This document shows, piece by piece, positions 38,515-41,221 of a stretch of 41,221 nucleotides of DNA (position 1 is the stretch's first letter; each line of letters starts with the position of its first letter). The position numbers and the translations under genes were made by a program. The stretch covers positions 1-41,221 of the forward strand of contig JBHIAV010000026.1 in NCBI GenBank assembly GCA_046758745.1, written 5' to 3'. The notes below the pieces were generated by a model. The model ran no database searches. It had not been told where the DNA came from and saw nothing but the letters and a program-made list of their open reading frames with translations. Origin of the DNA: Gemmatimonadota bacterium. Its GTDB lineage: Bacteria; Gemmatimonadota; Gemmatimonadetes; Palauibacterales; Palauibacteraceae.

Positions 38515-39654
38515 CTATTCCACGAGCCGCAGCACCTTGAAGATCGGTCCCGCCGTGGGACCGGCCGGCGTGCCCGCCGGCGCGATGCCGCTGTAGCCGA
38601 GGAAGTAGGCGTAGACGTTGTTCCCCTCGATTCGGTCCACGAAGACGCCCGCGAAGTTCCTGAGCGTGATCGGCTTCTTCCCCGGGTCGGGTTGTTCGGT
38701 GGGATCGAACATCGGCATGGCGCGGACCCGCGGACTCCCGCGGCACACCGCCGGGTCGCTGCTCAGCTTGTCCCCCACGTCCGAGACGCAGTTCAACAGC
38801 TCGTTCCAGGACGCGTGGGGGTCCTTGGCGATCAGATCGGAGAAGCCCTGCTTGGTGGGGCCGATCATGTTGCCCGGTTCCGTGTCGACTTGTTGCCCGA
38901 CGTAATACTCGACACTCGGGTCCACACAGCGCCGGATGTTCTCCCGGTAGTCGTCGCCCCCCTGCTGGCCGGGCGGGCGCCACGGGAAGTACCAGCTCGG
39001 GTTCATCGCGCCCGGACCGCCGGCGGGCTTGATGATGACCTCGGTGCCGACGTCGCTCTCGGTGTAGCCGGTGTACGGGGCGCCGGGATCGGCCGGATTC
39101 CACGGGACGTAGGTATCCCCGTCCTCGGGGTTGTAGTCGTCCGGGGCGTTCTCCGACCCACCCGCCTCTTCCCACCGGTCGGGTAGGGCCAGGGGGAGGA
39201 GACAGTTGATCCCGCCGGCCGGGGCCGCCTCGGCCGTCGCCCGTGCGGAGATGTCGACCTCGTTCACCCCGAACACGCGTGCGAAGAAGGTACCCACCGG
39301 GTTCCCTCGCTCACCGATGCGATAGACGGTGACCGTGACCCGATCGTTCGCCAGATCCACCTCCACGTCGTCCGGCTCGAGGGTGGCATCGACGTGCCGG
39401 ACATCGTTTCGCTCCGCGTAGTCGATGGCCACGGCGCGCGCCAGCTCCTCGTTCCCCGGCGACTGGAGGAGGGCGCCCGCCCCGGCGAGCGCCGAGAGAT
39501 CGGCCACCCGCTGCGCTTCCGTTCGGGCGACGGCCAGCATCCCAAAGTCGACCGCCAGGGCGACGATGGAGAGCAGGGCCACCATGCTGCCCGCGACGAG
39601 CAGGAGGGTCGCGCCTCGCTCGTCGGACGCCCGCCTCTTTATGGTGCTTAGCAT
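38515..39654 (-). CDS. TadG-like Flp pilus-associated protein
   Basis: ERGATLLLVAGSMVALLSIVALAVDFG...AQRVADLSALAGA (Tad N-terminus); TFFARVFG..ISARATA; TEPGNM. Confidence 0.85.
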   Translation of the reverse strand: MLSTIKRRASDERGATLLLVAGSMVALLSIVALAVDFGMLAVARTEAQRVADLSALAGAGALLQSPGNEELARAVAIDYAERNDVRHVDATLEPDDVEVDLANDRVTVTVYRIGERGNPVGTFFARVFGVNEVDISARATAEAAPAGGINCLLPLALPDRWEEAGGSENAPDDYNPEDGDTYVPWNPADPGAPYTGYTESDVGTEVIIKPAGGPGAMNPSWYFPWRPPGQQGGDDYRENIRRCVDPSVEYYVGQQVDTEPGNMIGPTKQGFSDLIAKDPHASWNELLNCVSDVGDKLSSDPAVCRGSPRVRAMPMFDPTEQPDPGKKPITLRNFAGVFVDRIEGNNVYAYFLGYSGIAPAGTPAGPTAGPIFKVLRLVE

Positions 39655-40059
39655 CTCGCTGCCTCTCGAAGGATCACCACGCATCGGCTCTGGCCGCCCT
39701 GGGCGCGGGGCGGCTCGCACCGATCTCCGTACGGTTGGCCTCCGCGGACGGACGGACGGCAAGTTGTACCGGCAATCCGGAAACCGCGCTCTGCGCCGGC
39801 TCTCCGCATGCTGTAACGTACTGTGGTGTAGTGAGTTAGGAGACCACGTACCTCATTCGGGTGTAGAGCCGATGCAACACGGAGCGAGCGAGGCGGGTTG
39901 CAGCTTGCAAGGCTCCTGTGAGGTATGCCTCACGTTGCGTCGTGGCCATCGGTGGGGGTGCGAGGCGTCGAAGAGGGCCTCAGCGAGAGGTCCTCTGCCG
40001 TGAAAGCTGTGGTTGGTGGCCGTCCGATCGCCCCCGCCTGGTGCCGGCCGGATCCCTGT

Positions 40060-40557
40060 CTAGGAGCTCACCGAGGCGCGGGGGGAAGACATGGGCCGGA
40101 GCGGCGCCGCTCGCCCGATGGCGAACCGGAACAAGGAGCCGGGTTCCTTCCAGGGAAGGCGGCACGGCTTCCGCCGGAACACGCCGAGACATCGCCCGAA
40201 CGCTCGGTCGACGGCGTGCAGCTCGGAGTCGAGCTGTTCGGACTCCATGTTCCACCTGCGCGTTGCGGAGATTCCGCGAGCCGGGGGACCGCGAAGCTGT
40301 GACACGGTCCGCCGCTCCCTCATCCGGGTCGGCCGCTTCCTGAGAAAGCTTCGCTCCTCCTTCCGGTCCTGCTGACGCCGCACGAGTGTCCGGATGCTCA
40401 ACAGGTGGAGGCCGTACAAGGCCAAGACTCCCGCGGAAACAGCGAGCGCGCTGCTGTCAAGCAGCCGCGAGAGCCCCGCCGCGGCGACTGTGACAAGCGT
40501 GAGCGTGACGAGGTACGCGACGCTCGACAGGGAGCGGAATCGGGGTGCTTTGCTCAT
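40060..40557 (-). CDS. Hypothetical membrane protein
   Basis: ATG 40557 with GAGG upstream; two N-terminal TM helices; lies between flp and the tadG-like gene. Confidence 0.45.
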   Translation of the reverse strand: MSKAPRFRSLSSVAYLVTLTLVTVAAAGLSRLLDSSALAVSAGVLALYGLHLLSIRTLVRRQQDRKEERSFLRKRPTRMRERRTVSQLRGPPARGISATRRWNMESEQLDSELHAVDRAFGRCLGVFRRKPCRLPWKEPGSLFRFAIGRAAPLRPMSSPRASVSS

Positions 40558-40636
40558 GAGATACAGTCCGCCTCATGAGATAGAGTCCGCCGGGGTCGCC
40601 CCGGGCCCGGCGGGGACCCGGAGCGGCCCACGACGT

Positions 40637-40807
40637 CTACGCCGCCGCCAGGTTGTCGTTGATGTCCTGGAAGACATTTCGGATCGTCGGGCCGAGCAGC
40701 CGCACGGCCGCGATGACGACGATCGCGATGAGTGCGAGCAGGATCGCGTACTCCGCGAGGTCCTGGCCCGACTCGTCCGCCCACAGGGTAACGACGTGTG
40801 TCAACAT
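40637..40807 (-). CDS. flp: Flp family type IVb pilin
   Basis: 56 aa; DESG|QDLAEY (prepilin cleavage site, E+5) followed by a hydrophobic helix; SD GGGAGG. Confidence 0.93.
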   Translation of the reverse strand: MLTHVVTLWADESGQDLAEYAILLALIAIVVIAAVRLLGPTIRNVFQDINDNLAAA

Positions 40808-40859
40808 GTTTGCCTCCCGGCGCAAGGGCCGCATCTGGTGAACACAGCGTGGGCTCGCG

Positions 40860-40874
40860 GCCAGAGACGTGCCG
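40860..40874 (-). promoter_or_regulatory. Candidate sigma54 (-24/-12) promoter of flp
   Basis: Minus strand CGGCACG-TCTC-TGGC, with GG and GC separated by 10 nt, ~50 nt upstream of the flp ATG. Confidence 0.45.
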
Positions 40875-41079
40875 GAACCGGCAATTTTCCTCTTATGAGC
40901 TTGTAAGCCTCTTTTCGCCAGGGAGATAGTTCGATCGCCTCGATCTCCAGTTTCCAAGCTCGGCACCGAAGCTGTGGCGGTGAGCCAACGCCGGCCGCGC
41001 AGCCGTGGCCGAGCTTCTGCACGGGACCCGTCCCGCCGACCACGGTTGGTACAGCTATCTGATGTGGCGGCCCGAACGG

Positions 41080-41221
41080 ATGGAGCTGGCCCGGCCGACC
41101 CCCGACTACCTACCCGGCGAGGCCTTCTGGCGTGAGCCGAGCCGCGAAGGACCGCGGGGCGTGGCGCTAGATGTCCCGCGCGTATACCCCCCGCAAGCGT
41201 TCAACCGCGTGGAGATCGCCG
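41080..41221 (+). CDS. Possible 5' end of a CDS running off the window
   Basis: ATG 41080 frame is open to the window end (MELARPTPDYLPGEAFW...); too short to assign. Confidence 0.25.
   Translation, partial: MELARPTPDYLPGEAFWREPSREGPRGVALDVPRVYPPQAFNRVEIA

Noticed and set aside
40812..40824. CCTCCCGGCGCA resembling the tRNA 3' end (CCTCCCGGGCGCA) as a possible attR
   Set aside because: Short, gapped, GC-rich match that coincides with the flp Shine-Dalgarno on the other strand; no integrase nearby.
39655..41079. c-di-GMP riboswitch upstream of flp/tadG
   Set aside because: No GEMM two-hairpin motif with GNRA tetraloop and receptor found on the minus strand.

Overview
GC-rich, gene-dense bacterial chromosomal window. 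The gene content (GWxTD-like protein, DUF3108, DUF445, short LeuA-family enzyme, Flp/TadG) is consistent with Gemmatimonadota, but that assignment is inference. Left part (1-16 kb, + strand): HEXXH lipoprotein, aroB, acyl-CoA ligase, NYN-LOTUS ribonuclease, MPG glycosylase, M19 dipeptidase, NhaC-family transporter (probable ATC start), a probable 6S RNA with promoter and terminator, folE, Trm112-like protein, TPR proteins, a second acyl-CoA ligase, cutA and a degenerate macrodomain. Middle part: DUF445, a lipoprotein, a DAACS symporter, DUF1499, then a tightly coupled 10-gene operon running from a nucleotidyltransferase through a LeuA-like DRE-TIM enzyme, beta-barrel, GDPD and NAD-type isocitrate dehydrogenase to a glutaryl-CoA-type dehydrogenase. 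A minus-strand SDR/PAP2(AUR1-like)/SDR/CPBP/esterase cluster, divergent from DUF3108, may modify membrane lipids. Right part: tRNA-Arg(UCG) followed by a Fic remnant, a GWxTD-like protein, a probably leaderless and autoregulated HTH-SRPBCC pair, and orphan TadG-like and Flp pilin genes. The most unusual unexplained structure is a three-hairpin tandem array plus switchable anti-RBS leader directly upstream of the NYN-LOTUS RNase. No CRISPR array, rRNA, integrase or transposase was seen. Protein calls come from motif recognition only; no database search was run.
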